A DNA stretch of 64,000 bases from Haplodiscus bocki. Its lineage: Eukaryota. This document shows positions 1 to 12,344 of the stretch, piece after piece (positions within the stretch are counted from its first letter, which is position 1; each line of letters begins with the position of its first letter). The stretch lies in contig OZ296651.1 in NCBI GenBank assembly GCA_965655095.1, forward strand, positions 60,388,001-60,452,000. Reading direction: 5' to 3'. Both the position numbers and the translations under genes were made by a program. The notes below the pieces were generated by a model. It saw only the letters and a program-made list of their open reading frames with translations. It did no database searches and had not been told where the DNA came from.

Positions 1-3000
1 ATCCAAAAGACGACACAGAATCCTGGAAGAAATTCTCAGAAAGACTTGATTGGACCGATACACTGCTAATAGAAGATGAAAAACAAGCAATTGAAGATAT
101 TCTGGTCGATTACCATGACTTTTTTGCCAGACACACAATGAATATTGGGATGAACACAGAGTTCATGGTGAAACTTACCCCAAAAGACAACAAAGCTGTA
201 CACAGCCAAAATCTACCCATGCCAAACCACTTAAAAGAAGACCTCATTGTTGAATTAGCTCTGATGCACAAATATGGAAGTATTACCGTATTGCTTTTTT
301 CCAAATATGCAAGTCCCATATTTGCACAGAGATAACCAAACGGAAAACTCCGTCTTTTGGTGGATCTCAGGAAAGTCAGCACTCTAATTCCAGATGATTA
401 CACTAATAATAGTCATCCAGTAAGCACTCTGTTAGACTCAGCACAACATATGGCAGGAAAATCCCTCTTCTGCAAGCTTGATTGCTCCCAGGCTTATCAC
501 TGTTTGCAGATGGTGGATCAACGGTCAGTAGAAATGCTTCCATTCAATTTTGCTAGCAGAACGTTTGCTTGCAAAAGACTAGCACAAGGTCTTAGCAGAT
601 CTGCGTATGCATTTCAAGCTTCATGCTCGAGTACTTGGACCTAGTTATTAAGGCTGACCAATGTGCTCAATACGTGGACGATTTTGGAATTGCAGCCAAC
701 AATGCTACGGACGTTATCTGGAACAGTCGGGCAGTCTTCCAGTGCATTCGCTAAGCAGGATCAAAACTGACAATATACTAGTGCCACTTTTGAGGCAGAC
801 AGGATGAATCCCTCGGCAGGACGATTTCACCAGTAGGAATTTCACCCCGGGCTAGGAAGATTCAAACTTTTCTTAACAAACTCAGATTCCCCAAATCGAA
901 AAAACCTTCAAAACTACTACAGAAAATATATCCCTAGGATGGCCAAGAAGCTTAGCTCTTTTTACAAATGGCTCAAAGCAGAAGTACCAATCAACATGAC
1001 ATCAGAACTAAAAGACACCTTTGGTTCAGTAAATAAACCAATCAGTGATGCTTGTGAATTGGCAATGAAACAGCCCAATCCAGGAAAACATCTTGTCTTG
1101 ATCAATGACGCAAGTTTCAGAAGTGTTGGTTATGCTCTCATGATTGAAGATAACCCTGACTAGAAAATTCAATCAAAGCGGAACACGTACGCCCCTCTGG
1201 CGTTTGGATCAAAAACTTTCTCCCCAGTGCAACTCGAAATGTGCATCTACTCAAATGAATTTTTGGCAACCTACATGGTATTTCTTGAGTTTGCACACAT
1301 TTTGTGGGAAGCAACAACACCGACAATCGTTCTGACAGATAGCAAATCAGTCACGCAATTTTTCCAGACGAAAGCAATTCCACCAGCATTGTGGAATTCA
1401 TGTGACTACGTATTACATTTTAATTCCAAAAAAAACCACATTGCGGGATCAATCAACACTGCAGCTGATTTCCTGATTAGATCTTAAGGTTACGGAGAAA
1501 ATACGTCTCCAAATCAGAGAAGACATTCAAACAACACCTTGAGAAGACAACATCTTTTTCAGATGTTGCTGATGAAGAATAGGTCTTCTGCACCCAGACA
1601 GACAGTGAGATTGATTTAAAAGAACAAACCCACCAACGGAAAGAGCCATTTCAGCAAAACGCAATAGAATCGGTAGCAGACAAGGAACCACCCAAATGGA
1701 GAACTAACGCGAAAGAATCTAAAAACAATTCGACGGAAGCGCTACGTCGTTTTCCATGAATGGAATCAAGGCAAATGCGCAAACACGAATAGGGCAAATT
1801 CTCGATCTAGTCTTGAAGTACCTGAAGCTGAAAATCTTAGGCCAACCCCATGGCCAGGTGCTACTGACAACAGACAACAGGTACAAACTCTACAGAACAA
1901 ACCAGGATCGCATTATCCTCAAAGATGCTCCACTGTTCCGGTAGAACTACGGAGAAACTGATAGCGTCGAAATTTACGACATTCTCATACAAAAGCAAAT
2001 AGTTGATGAAGTACTCTGGAGTTTTCACGGAGAATGTGGAAAGCACCCTGACCTTACTAAAACAATATTTGCATACCGACAAAAGTATTATCACCCAAAC
2101 ATGGCGCAATTAATCAGGGAGTGGGTCATGTCATGTAAGCAATGCATTAGAGAATCACGGATCCATCGCAGCCTCAACCGCTTTCCCCTGCAAAATTTTA
2201 GTGAACACCTTACTGCAACAGAAGACGACATGCAGATTGATCTGGTGCCTGAATTACCTCCGTCCTGTGGTTATGAAAAGATAGTGACAGCCATGAACGT
2301 GTTTTTCCGCTTTTTAATTGCCTACCTGACACCTAACCAAGACGCCAAAACATATAATTAACATCATGACTAAGCACGCTTACCTACCAACAGCACTCAC
2401 TTCGAACAGAGGGTCAGCCTTCGTTTCAAAAAGTTATTAAGGAAGTGGCCGCCGTCCGTGGTATTACTCTAGAGCACGCCACAACAAAGCACGCGCAAAA
2501 AAGTGGCATGCCCGAACAATCTCACGCGTCAATCAAACAAGCATTGAAGATTGGAACAGGCGGGCGAAGATCAATGTGGCATAAATACTTCAGCATTGCA
2601 GTTCTCAATTATAACACTTCTTACCACGAAAGCATTGGCTGTGAGCCAAGCCGAGTGTTTCATGGATGCATTGCTTCTAAAATCCTAGATTTAAAATTGG
2701 GCATTCGTCTACAGCAACTATCCATTCCTACCTCGCAAATTGCCCAAGATGTTCTTGACCAAACAGAGATGATCTACCAAGATGTTCGCAAAAATTCTAT
2801 GCAATCTTACATCAAATATAAAACTTATTACAACAAAAAAACCAACGCTTCAAAACTCAAAAGAGCAGATTAAATTCAGGTCTTACAGCTGAAAGCAGAT
2901 CATCAAGGAAGTAAATTTCCTTTTGCGGAATTCCGGTGGATTGGGCCGTAAATTATTGAAAAGTTGTTACTTCAACCACATATGTTTGGTACGCAAAGTT

Positions 3001-3467
3001 GGCACCATCAAAGCGGAAATGCTTCATAACATACGATTGCGTCAGTTCGCACCCAGTCAACGCCAACCCCATGTGAATATCACGCCTCAAGAAAGGAAAT
3101 CTGAGCCGGAAATGAGCATTAAACACGATGCCGTGTATGCTAGAGCATGGGAAAGTGATTATGAAAGGCCATTTTTCGATGCAGACTGCAATAATACGGC
3201 GCCCCTTGATCCACCTGAAATTGCAGTACGATCGGACATACCATTCGAAGAAAAGTGGAATACATCGGCAACCTCACGAGAATGTTCCCCTGAAATTTTC
3301 CCTCAATGGACGGATTATGTGATGTAACGGATGCGTATCAGTATACGGAACATGATGCTGAAATGGGCTTGGAACAGCATCACCCTATTACTACAAAACC
3401 CCGCAGTTCGAAATACGATTTATGTCACAATCCGAAGCCTAATTGTAACGACGACTACAGATATTGA
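1..3467 (+). pseudogene. pol: Ty3/Gypsy pol remnant (RT-RNase H-integrase), many stops and frameshifts, 5' end outside window
   Basis: RT motifs SKYASPIFAQR, LxVDLRK, FCKLDCSQAYH and YVDD (tacgtggacgat ~671). RNase H NDASFRSVGYAL and VLTDSKSV...HIAGSINTAADFL. Integrase zinc CKQC, MQIDLV core and YNTSYHESIGCEPSRVFHG. Order RT-RH-IN is Gypsy-type. Frame ends ...NPKPNCNDDYRY* at ~3467. Confidence 0.93.
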
Positions 3468-3859
3468 ATGCCTGACACAGCACCAGTAATCTCCCAATTT
3501 ATCACAGTACTCTCTACGGAACACATGCGTACGCGCTCCGATAATGCCGATGCACGTTCTACAGAAATGATACGGAGTACTCTGCTATGGATTTTCCCTA
3601 GCGGCCTACCAACTTGCTTGTCACCTGCAGTCTTACTGATTTCAAAAACACGGCCACTAATATTCAATTCACTTCTATACACAGGCCGGATTCGTACTAA
3701 TCTACAAGCATTTTCTTTTTTATTTGATATTTTTGACTACACACAGTATATACAACTAATAATACAAATGCAGAGGAAGAATTGGAGCAGTTCAATAAAA
3801 CCAATCGAAAATGCGGAGTTAGATTTGGTTGAATTTACTTTTCCTCTGCAAAAGCGAAA

Positions 3860-6800
3860 ATAGGAGGTGCCACATGATCACACCCACTCCTACGACGAGA
3901 CCCAGAATCTCACGATCGTGTGCAGCACCGAAATTTGGATCGTCGACAAAAGACTTACGATGACTGGTGACAGGAGTGACTACTTCAAAATGTTTCGGAA
4001 ACATTGACCCAAATAGTACAGATGCCGTTTTTTTGCTCCCGATCAAAAGACTGTTCACAGAGTGCGACGAACTATCAGTGGGCTCCGGAACAGGAATGTA
4101 TTCCAACCGTCCCTCCTACACAATATTCGAAACTCGGACGCCACTACGTTCAGCAGATCTAATTGCTGATGGCGAACCAGCATTCTGGGCACCGAACCAC
4201 GGCTAACTTGTGTCTCGGGAAGCTTTCCGCCGCATCACAACCTTCTCCTGACATGATTGCAAATCAGATACAACTTGCTGGTTGCACCCATCCTAAACAG
4301 ACCATGGATTGAACTCGTCACTCACAATGACACTGTCAGCAACACCTACAGCCTCTTTTAGCATCGCCACCCCACTGTCGGAGAAGAAACTTTTCTGCGT
4401 GAAAAAAGGATCCCATCCAAAGTCTCGTGAGCAGGTAATGACCATTTCCATTGCCTCACGACTAATGGCCACACGATCTAAACTGAAGCTAAACGGGGCA
4501 CCACGTCTACTTGCACCTCTAACAACGAGTGCTGTCAACTGAAAGACCTGAACAAAACACGGATATTTCGGAAACGAACTAATGGCCAGGAAAACATCTT
4601 CAGTCATTACTTACCTGCTAAGAATGACTACGAGCCCGAGATCCAGATTGCGGGGACCAGGACGACAGGATGTTTTCTACATGCGGGCGACTCCTCGTGG
4701 AGATGCGCTCCAACTGCTTCTGCTCCCGCACAAAAGACCAAAATTCAACCTCACTGGCCTCCATAGTTGAACCACTAACTCCGAGCCAACGCCAGTAAGC
4801 CGTCTGGAAGCTAGTTGAACAAATGAGAAGGGGCATAGTCATCCACCCAACCACAATTTCGGAAAAAAAACAGCTCAGCCCTTGCCCAACACCTGATTGA
4901 GCTGCAAAAGTGGACAGCACGGTGCTCATCAGCTCTTCTAGAAATTCATGGACGTCCTTCCAGAACTCATTGCGAAGGTAGAAACTGGCTAAATTCTCCA
5001 GCGCACGAGCAATCTGACTTCCCGCCAAGAACTCTTTCTCTTCAATAGGAGGGAACCGCGAATAGTTGGAAAGCATGAACTCCTCCCACTTCTCGACCAG
5101 GTGTATTGATTACGCCGACTTGATGTTCCTTTGCAGACAAAAAGTGATACGGGCAAGCTCACCGTATACACGACAGCCGTAGTCACACAGTCTTGATGGA
5201 TTGCCCGTAAAATTGTGAGCATCTGAAACACAAACAATGACAACGGCATGATGACCCATTGATGACAGGTAGCCTATGCCTATTACTGAAATCACGGCCC
5301 TATGGATGCAGAATGGAACAAGCTGGCAACGATACTAGAATTCTCCTAGAATTTTCCTGGATAGTATCCGGAACGGATACGTACCAGACTGGCTACAACT
5401 GGCAAAAGCGCAGTGGAATACTAACAGATTTCGCGAGTCAGATGGAACAGTCGAAACTTCGCTCTTGCCATCTGATCTAAATACAAGTTTCTATCGGTTC
5501 CTTTCTTCTAAAAGAAAGAATACCATCAGTTACGGAACTAAATACGGAAGCAAACCCATGAAGTATACTATACCACGAGGCAGTCGCCGTCCGTCTTGCG
5601 TCCCGTCTCTTTTAACTAGGACACAATCAGGGGCCGGACACCAACGATGTTGCCAATGACCTCCACCAGAGAAGACATCGAGAGGTCCCCGGACACAACA
5701 GCACGTCTCAAAGCATGTCGAGGTGCGATCCAGTCTTTGTGCTCAGCGACCATCAATCGGACCACCATGAACTCAGTCACCGAAAACGTGTCCAATCTGC
5801 CAAAGACGACTGCAGCACACTTCTGGAGACATCTCCTTAGCAGTAGTAGGTCAAAAAAGGGGTACTCCACAAACTTCTGCAGGTAACCACTCCCAGCAAA
5901 CTCGACGTGTGTGTCGTGAAGCTTATGTGAGCCCCCAACCAGAGCAACAAGCGACACTGAGGGACCAACAACACTCAGAAGCTGCCCAAGAACAGCAGCT
6001 TCACGACTGGCCCCTCCACTGTACTTGCTCAGTAAAGCCACACACACTCTCTACGGAACGTGTCCCGGTCCCACGTCCGAACGAAAACAAGAGTGGCTTC
6101 TATCCCCTCCTCGAACTCCACACTGAACTGGCCACACGACTTCATCCAGTTCACATAACGCGAAAAGATCCGTAGGAACAATCCATTCAGCAAAATGGAC
6201 TGCAAACAGGATATCAGTAATGAAAATGTAGAACAAAGACGTAATTTGCCGGAACGGATACGCAATTTTCCGGAACCAGTACGTATTTGATACAGAACAG
6301 ATACGGATACTAGCCAGTATTTGATTGCGCGATCAGCAGATTTCGACATTCACGCAGCTCGCTGTTAACTAGAACTGTGCCCACGACTGCTCCAAGCAGT
6401 CATAGCTCCCACCCAGTCGCAGAACTTCTAGCAAGGACGAGACTCTGGCCAGAATGGGCAGCTGCGGATCGACAACACCAGCATCATCCGTGATTAAATC
6501 CTCACAAAAAAGATATTAAAGATCACGTCGCACAAGTGGTGTCCACATGATCGTAACCCGGTGATGCTCGACCTCTTCATCTGGCTGTTGCTTCCACTGA
6601 AATCGAGCACTCTCCACCCAGGTGTCTCTAGAAGCAACCTCTGGCCCATGGCCAAAGGTTTTGTACCCTGATAATGCCGCAGAATCTCAAATGACCCGTG
6701 GACTAGCACAGACACATCACGCCGACAGAGTTGACAAAAATGACTGGGATCTGTCAGACCAGCCACAAACAGTCGCACAAGTTCATCCGATGCCCAAGTC

Positions 6801-7110
6801 TTCTTCATTTTATTTGTCTCCATTTAAAGGATCTTTTCCTTTCTGGGGCTGATGACGCCTTCGTCTCCACTGGTGTCTGTTGTTTCTATGACAAGGCGTG
6901 CAAGTTGAGAAGGCACTTGCTGAAGCCTGTCCAATACGTCGTCAAGTTTTCTAAACACAAAAGTACTAGGAAAATCTAGTACAGAACAACCCCGGAATAG
7001 AAAGATGAGGAGACCAACTTCTCATCAGCGGATTCAAGACATATGCTTGTTCTTCCTCAAACGCAGCCTTGCAAAGCATAAAAAGGTGGTGTCCAGTTGC
7101 GCGGATGACA
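3860..7110 (-). pseudogene. Spliced antisense gene encoding a hAT-transposase-derived protein (BED-like Zn finger plus RNase-H-fold core lacking DDE), decayed
   Basis: Minus-strand fragments in hAT order: FCQLCRRDVSVLVHGSFEILRHYQG (Zn finger, ~6660-6740), VEICxSRNQIL|SILLNGLF, QFSVEFEE...LVFVRTWD, SLVALVGGS, EFLAGSQIARAL...GLSCF, VFQLTALVVRGASRRGAPFS. Candidate introns: 4548-4614 (GTAAGT..TTCAG), 5223-5573 (GTATAG..TTTCAG), 6200-6314 (GCTAGT..TTGCAG), 6951-7018 (GTTGGT..TTTAG). Confidence 0.65.
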
Positions 7111-7269
7111 GTACTGACAGGAACAGCACTGATTGGGTCTGAAACAAGCAATCATGTAAACGTGGAATCAATGGGAACGATACTAGAAGGAAACACATTT
7201 AAAAAACCGCCCTGCCATTTGCAAATGCCTGCTCAAGCAGTTCACGACTGCGTTCCAGCACAGGCGCGC

Positions 7270-8162
7270 CTAAACGTGAAGGCCTCCCCCGTCACCAGCA
7301 AGCGGATTCAAGCGCTGGGTAACCACCGCACGCCTCATGGACGCTGGCACATGTGTTTCCACCTCTGTGGATACGTTGCCGGTTCCGGAACGGCCTGGTA
7401 CATCTCCGACAGGACCTGAAATCAGCATAACGATTATTCTCCAGAACACCCAGGAAAGCTCCCACATTATGCAGATAATCACTAACCCTCTGAGATAGCC
7501 GTGATACGAACTCCTTTTGACACGAAAGTCCAGAGTTCCCCACTCGAAATGACTCCGCCAACCTCAAGCTCGGAGCCAGACAAAACGGACACAGGGTTCA
7601 CACAACCCGTCTGCACTTCGGGTTCCCCCGAAGGACTGTACACTAAATTAGAAAGGTATTCCTCACGAAGATATTGGATGCGCGCATCAAACCAGTTGCA
7701 TGGAACACATGGTGGCTAATGTGTGTTTACACGAAAACAACTAAAGGTCATCGTACAAACGGTACTTACAAGTGGGTAACCCGGATGTATCAAGCAACGT
7801 CTCAGGGTTGGATTCAGCAATCAGATTGGCGCGTCTCATTGCGTCCACAAAGGTGAAAAACTCTGCCTCAGCGCCGCTTCTAGCTCCTACTCCGCCTCTT
7901 CCAACGACATCGATCATCTCTTCCTCGTCATTTGTCTCGCCTCTTGCCTCCAAACACTCCCGCACAACTCTCATCACTGCTTCTTCTTCCACCACAATCT
8001 CAGCAAGGGGATTCGGGTACACTGGGGGTGCATTACTGACGCAGCTTCCTCAATACTCGAGTCAGTCTCCTCAAAAGAAGAGATGACATTTTCGGTCGCA
8101 AAAACGGACATTCTTTGATGATTAACGTGGCTAGTACTTAACGGATTTAACTGTTTGTTCAT
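7270..8162 (-). pseudogene. Second antisense accessory ORF, frameshifted, unknown function, acidic N-terminal part
   Basis: Overlapping minus ORFs 7974-8162, 7741-8022, 7292-7567 and 7270-7482 give protein-like sequence (MYPNPLAEIVVEEEAV...DEEEMIDVVG...PPCVPCNWFDARIQYLREEYL). Confidence 0.45.
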
Positions 8163-8504
8163 TTAATTTATTTATTTTATATTTTCAAGTCTGATTAATT
8201 TGTCTGCCAGCAATGACGTGAGCATGCATTTTGAAACTGACATTTAGGAACGATACTCAAGTCTTCCTCAATTCCCAATCCTCCATTTTCCAATCTGTCT
8301 ACGATTTATCAGCTTCAAATTTTACTGATGATTATATAACTTCATCAAATACACATCACACCGCGGCAAAGTCAAAGGTTTTCCCGGTTCATGAGAGTTG
8401 ACTGCTGCTTATTGCACTTCTCCAATCATTTATTTATTTTAATCTCCCGATATCAGTACCTGCTTCTACATTTCACTCATTTTAATTTTCACTGCTCCAA
8501 AAAA

Positions 8505-9086
8505 ATGCAAAACAACCCCCTCAGTTCAACGGACTCAGACATAATTTATGTGGAAAAATCTTCAACAGAGCTTAGCGCACAAAAGAACAATAGCAGCGAA
8601 AAATTAAACTCGACGGAACTATCCAGAGCCACTGCGTTAGAACATACATTTTTGTCATCCGTAGAATCTCCGGAGCCCCAACTCATTACAATCGATTTGG
8701 ACTCCAGCGAACCAACTCTCCCCAATGGGTTTGGAGGGAAAGACCCAATAGTCTCACCCAGCTTGAACGACCTAAACTTGCCAGCCAACCCATTCAACAT
8801 ACTCGCAACTATGGAGTTGGTACAACCGAGTGCAGCAAACCATGGTCACAACTACAGCCCCCAGTCACCGGAGCCGTCAGAACCGTCTTGCATCTCGACG
8901 CATCCGATGAACCTTAGTACAATCGAGGGCTGGGAAACACCCCATAAGACAAGACGAGTAGCCAAGGAGGATTTATCTCCAACCATCAAGCTTGTCTCCT
9001 CCACCGCCACACCGCAAGGTGAAACGAAAAACGAGATTTGGAATGTCTTTCCCAGGAAGAAAGTGAAAGTTGCCCCACGTCTGTGA
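8505..9086 (+). CDS. Ser/Pro-rich, likely disordered accessory protein with SIM-like motifs and a basic NLS-like motif
   Basis: Open frame from ATG 8505 (inside ORF 8391-9086). Motifs DSDIIYVE, LITIDLDSS and C-terminal PRKKVKV. Confidence 0.45.
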   Translation: MQNNPLSSTDSDIIYVEKSSTELSAQKNNSSEKLNSTELSRATALEHTFLSSVESPEPQLITIDLDSSEPTLPNGFGGKDPIVSPSLNDLNLPANPFNILATMELVQPSAANHGHNYSPQSPEPSEPSCISTHPMNLSTIEGWETPHKTRRVAKEDLSPTIKLVSSTATPQGETKNEIWNVFPRKKVKVAPRL

Positions 9087-9199
9087 CGCCTGCGGACAGA
9101 CTGTCCCTACAAGAAAGAACATTCCCGGACCTTCCAGACACTGAAATAAACTTTACAATCAGGAAACTGTATGTTTTTTGTCGACAAGTTAAACGTATT

Positions 9200-9790
9200 T
9201 AAAACATCTGATACGGAGCAGTTACGTATTACGTCATTCTATAAAAATTGCATGTAATCTGAACGTATCATCTATGTAGCATCCCAGTGCACTGATCCAG
9301 ATTGGGACGGAACATTAAGGAACAAAACGAATATTACCAAAGTCTATGTCCCTATTATAATCTACTTTAAACATGCTATTTTTATTACTTATTTGTGTAC
9401 TGATCATACAAATCCCAAACGCTCAGTGCAGTAATTTAAAGCGAAATTGACAATGTCAAGAAGTTTGATTAAATTGATTACAACTGCAGTATATAGAGCT
9501 TGGCTTAAAAGTGAATATTTGTTCCGTACGTGTTCCGTCGCTACCTATCTGGCGCCTCCACTTCAATTTCATTCCTTTGTGCTACTATGCTGTGCAGTTT
9601 CTAGCCGCCAATTACGGAGCAGTTCCGTATTCACTCATTTTCACTCCTATAACCGCACTGCTGCAGGCAGTGCTACAAAATGAATACAGAACCGTTCCGG
9701 AACAGCCTAGTAGACACGAGGAACAGAACAGTACGCGCTCGTAGAAAAGGTAGTACCGGTCCAAAATGTTCCCAAATGACGATTAAATAA
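9200..9790 (+). promoter_or_regulatory. Putative terminal/LTR-like regulatory region of the Gypsy element
   Basis: Dense CGGAAC/GTTCCG motifs, imperfect palindrome TACGGAGCAGTTCCGTA (~9613) and a TATA-like TATATAG (~9490). No second LTR lies in the window to confirm it. Confidence 0.35.
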
Positions 9791-10351
9791 GTGTTTTGAG
9801 CAGGTAACATAAATCTTTGTACTATTCTATGTGATCAGACGAATTTTATTATTATTTATAATATTATTATTATTATTATTTTCCTATTATGAGAAAATGT
9901 TTGATAATTTGTCGGCGCGGGAAAAAACGCTTTGAAGTCCATTTCTGACGGATTAGGCTTGTATTTTTCTTGTCGAAATAAGGAAAAAATGCGGCCTATA
10001 AGTGAAGAAACGGATGGAGAGGTATCTATTTCCGGCCAGAGTCGGCATTTTGCCTTTGTAGTTCATATGATTAAAGTACTTTTCTCCATTTGTATCTCAA
10101 CTTGGCGTGTAAAGAACTATGTTTCCCGCCAAGGAAAACGAACAAATAGGAGAAATGAGAGTACCATTATTGTAATGAAATATTGTCTTGTACCGTATAA
10201 CCAGTTTCGACTACTTTTCAGTTTGACTAACTCTTGTTGATTGGAAACCTACTTATGTTAAAAAACAACCTTTTCAGTTGTGTTAAAAATAAGTTGAAAG
10301 ACAAAATATTTTAATTTTGCACAACTGTGAAAGTTCCCTTTCTTCCAAGAA

Positions 10352-10740
10352 TATGGCAACTTTAAGAAACAAGAAGAAGTTAGCAGCTATGGCAACGGAA
10401 ACACAAGAATATCCTAGGAACAACCAGTCGGAAAACTCAGCTGCTCCTGGAATCTCTGAGGATTATATAGCACAAGTTTCCGAGGAGATTGAAGGAGGGG
10501 TTTCTAAGAAACTATCCCAACAATTCAGCAGGACAGAGTCCCGCATCTTGGGTGCCCTGCCGAATTTAGACGATTTTCTCTTGAACCACAGATACGGACA
10601 TTCTCCGGAACCGTTCCGGGAACATTCCGGAACGCTGACGTAGAAAACCAGGAACCAGGCGGGGATCGTTCCCAGAATGATCCCAACCTGAAGTGGAGCT
10701 CTCTGCCTGTCGTGCCATTAATCTAACTCACTCAGACCTC
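10352..10740 (+). pseudogene. Short retroelement-associated helical ORF remnant (MATLRNKKKLAA...)
   Basis: Protein-like frame YIAQVSEEIEGGVSKKLSQQFSRTESRILGAL, carrying the same CGGAAC cluster (10603-10633) as the upstream element. Confidence 0.4.
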
Positions 10741-11954
10741 TATCAGTCAGACCTGTAGACACAACATGCAAAATGCATGCATGGATGCAGCTAATTTTTT
10801 TATGAAACATGGAAAATTCAGACATTTAGCATACGTGTATTTTAAAGGTTTCCACTGCAGCAGCGAAATTTTGTTCAAGATGGCAAGGTAATTTAGAAGA
10901 CGCAAATGTTCTCGCACCTCTATTGACTCAATCACCACTCCTTTCGAGTTGCTGATTTTTGTCATTTCCTTGACGCTTTGACCGTTGACCTATTATACTC
11001 GACGTAGGTATATATGAACTTACGCTGCGTTATTTCTATTGTAATACGCGGCCAAATTGTAGGTTTGTCTGTCACTTGTAAAATTAATTAGGCTGCATCC
11101 AAATCTTGCAAACCTTTATCCTTTATCTACTTTTCGTCCGCCAGATTTTTAAAGCAAACAACAAAACCCCGGCTAATTTTATGGAATTTTTTGAAGAAAC
11201 TTGAAAGACATCACAGCAGCAGATAAAATTTAGGCATGGAAAGTTTTATATGAATCATCCAAAATCATTCAAAAGTTGTCTGGTAACACATAAAATACAA
11301 AACATAAGTATTTCCCAACATTGTCTGAGTGCTACACAAGATCAAGGACTCAAATCAGTTGACAACAACGATGTTTCAGTTGTTTTATTTGAGAGTAACG
11401 AGAGCACCATAACTATGGGTGACAAAATTGAAACCAGATAACTGCAAACACCCGTTACGTCAGAACAAGTAGCTGCATAGTTAATGTTGTTGGACCTTTT
11501 ACCCGACAAGTTCATCGTCTCTGCAACTTTAATACAGGTCCTAAAACAGAATAACTTGAGGAAAATTTACGAAGCACCGGGACACGATCTCAAAGTGAGA
11601 TAGTGAGTGCGTTTAAGAGAGGCAGTGAGTTAAATAATCACGGCAATCATTCACTCAAAAAAATACTGACCTTTCCCGATGTCATCCTTTCATTTGCTCG
11701 GAGATGATTAGTGGGCGCCTTAATAGCAAATTGAAAGCTGAATTATTCGTCTCAAATTAACGGTTCCGTGGAGCCACCTGCATGTAAACTGGATTATTGT
11801 GATTGCTGGAGCTGGCGTATTATTTTCCGTCGTAACATAATAGGAAAGGAAAATCATTCCCTCAGCATGTAGATTCTTTTTTCCTCCGCGCTATTGCCAA
11901 TAGTTTGTTAATATCTCAGGTAACTACTCCCGTAATTTCGTCATCCTCATTGCT

Positions 11955-12045
11955 TGCCTGTATAGCTTAGTAGTCATTCGAAATGATAGTCAACCACCGG
12001 GGTTCAATCACTACGAAAGCCCAGGTTCGATCCCGACTACGACCA
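11955..12045 (+). repeat. tRNA-derived (SINE-head-like) Pol III promoter remnant
   Basis: A-box-like TAGCTTAGTAG (11963), B-box GGTTCGATCCC (12024-12034), ending in ACCA. No clean cloverleaf. Confidence 0.5.
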
Positions 12046-12344
12046 AATTTGTTGAACGTATTTTGCCACTTTATCAAATTTCACTGTGAAAAATTGACCC
12101 TAATCACAGCAGGAAATTTTCACTTTCCGTGTTTGGGTTATATTGAATAGCCTGATTCGATTTTCAAAAAAATCCAAAAAATTTGAAAAGGCCAAAAAAA
12201 TTATACTTGAGAATAACAAAAACTTATATAACAACAACTAAACCATAAACTTTTAAATAATTTTTTTCAAGAATGCATGAGACCAAAATGCTCGAAACTA
12301 TGTTGTGTTCTTTTCCAGCTGTCAAAAATAAAAATAACGTCCTC

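Noticed and set aside
3468-3863. env gene downstream of Gypsy pol
   Set aside because: No signal peptide, furin site or TM anchor; the coding signal in this region is on the opposite strand.
11955-12045. Functional tRNA gene
   Set aside because: A-to-B box spacing is too long, with no convincing acceptor or anticodon stems; treated as a tRNA-derived repeat.
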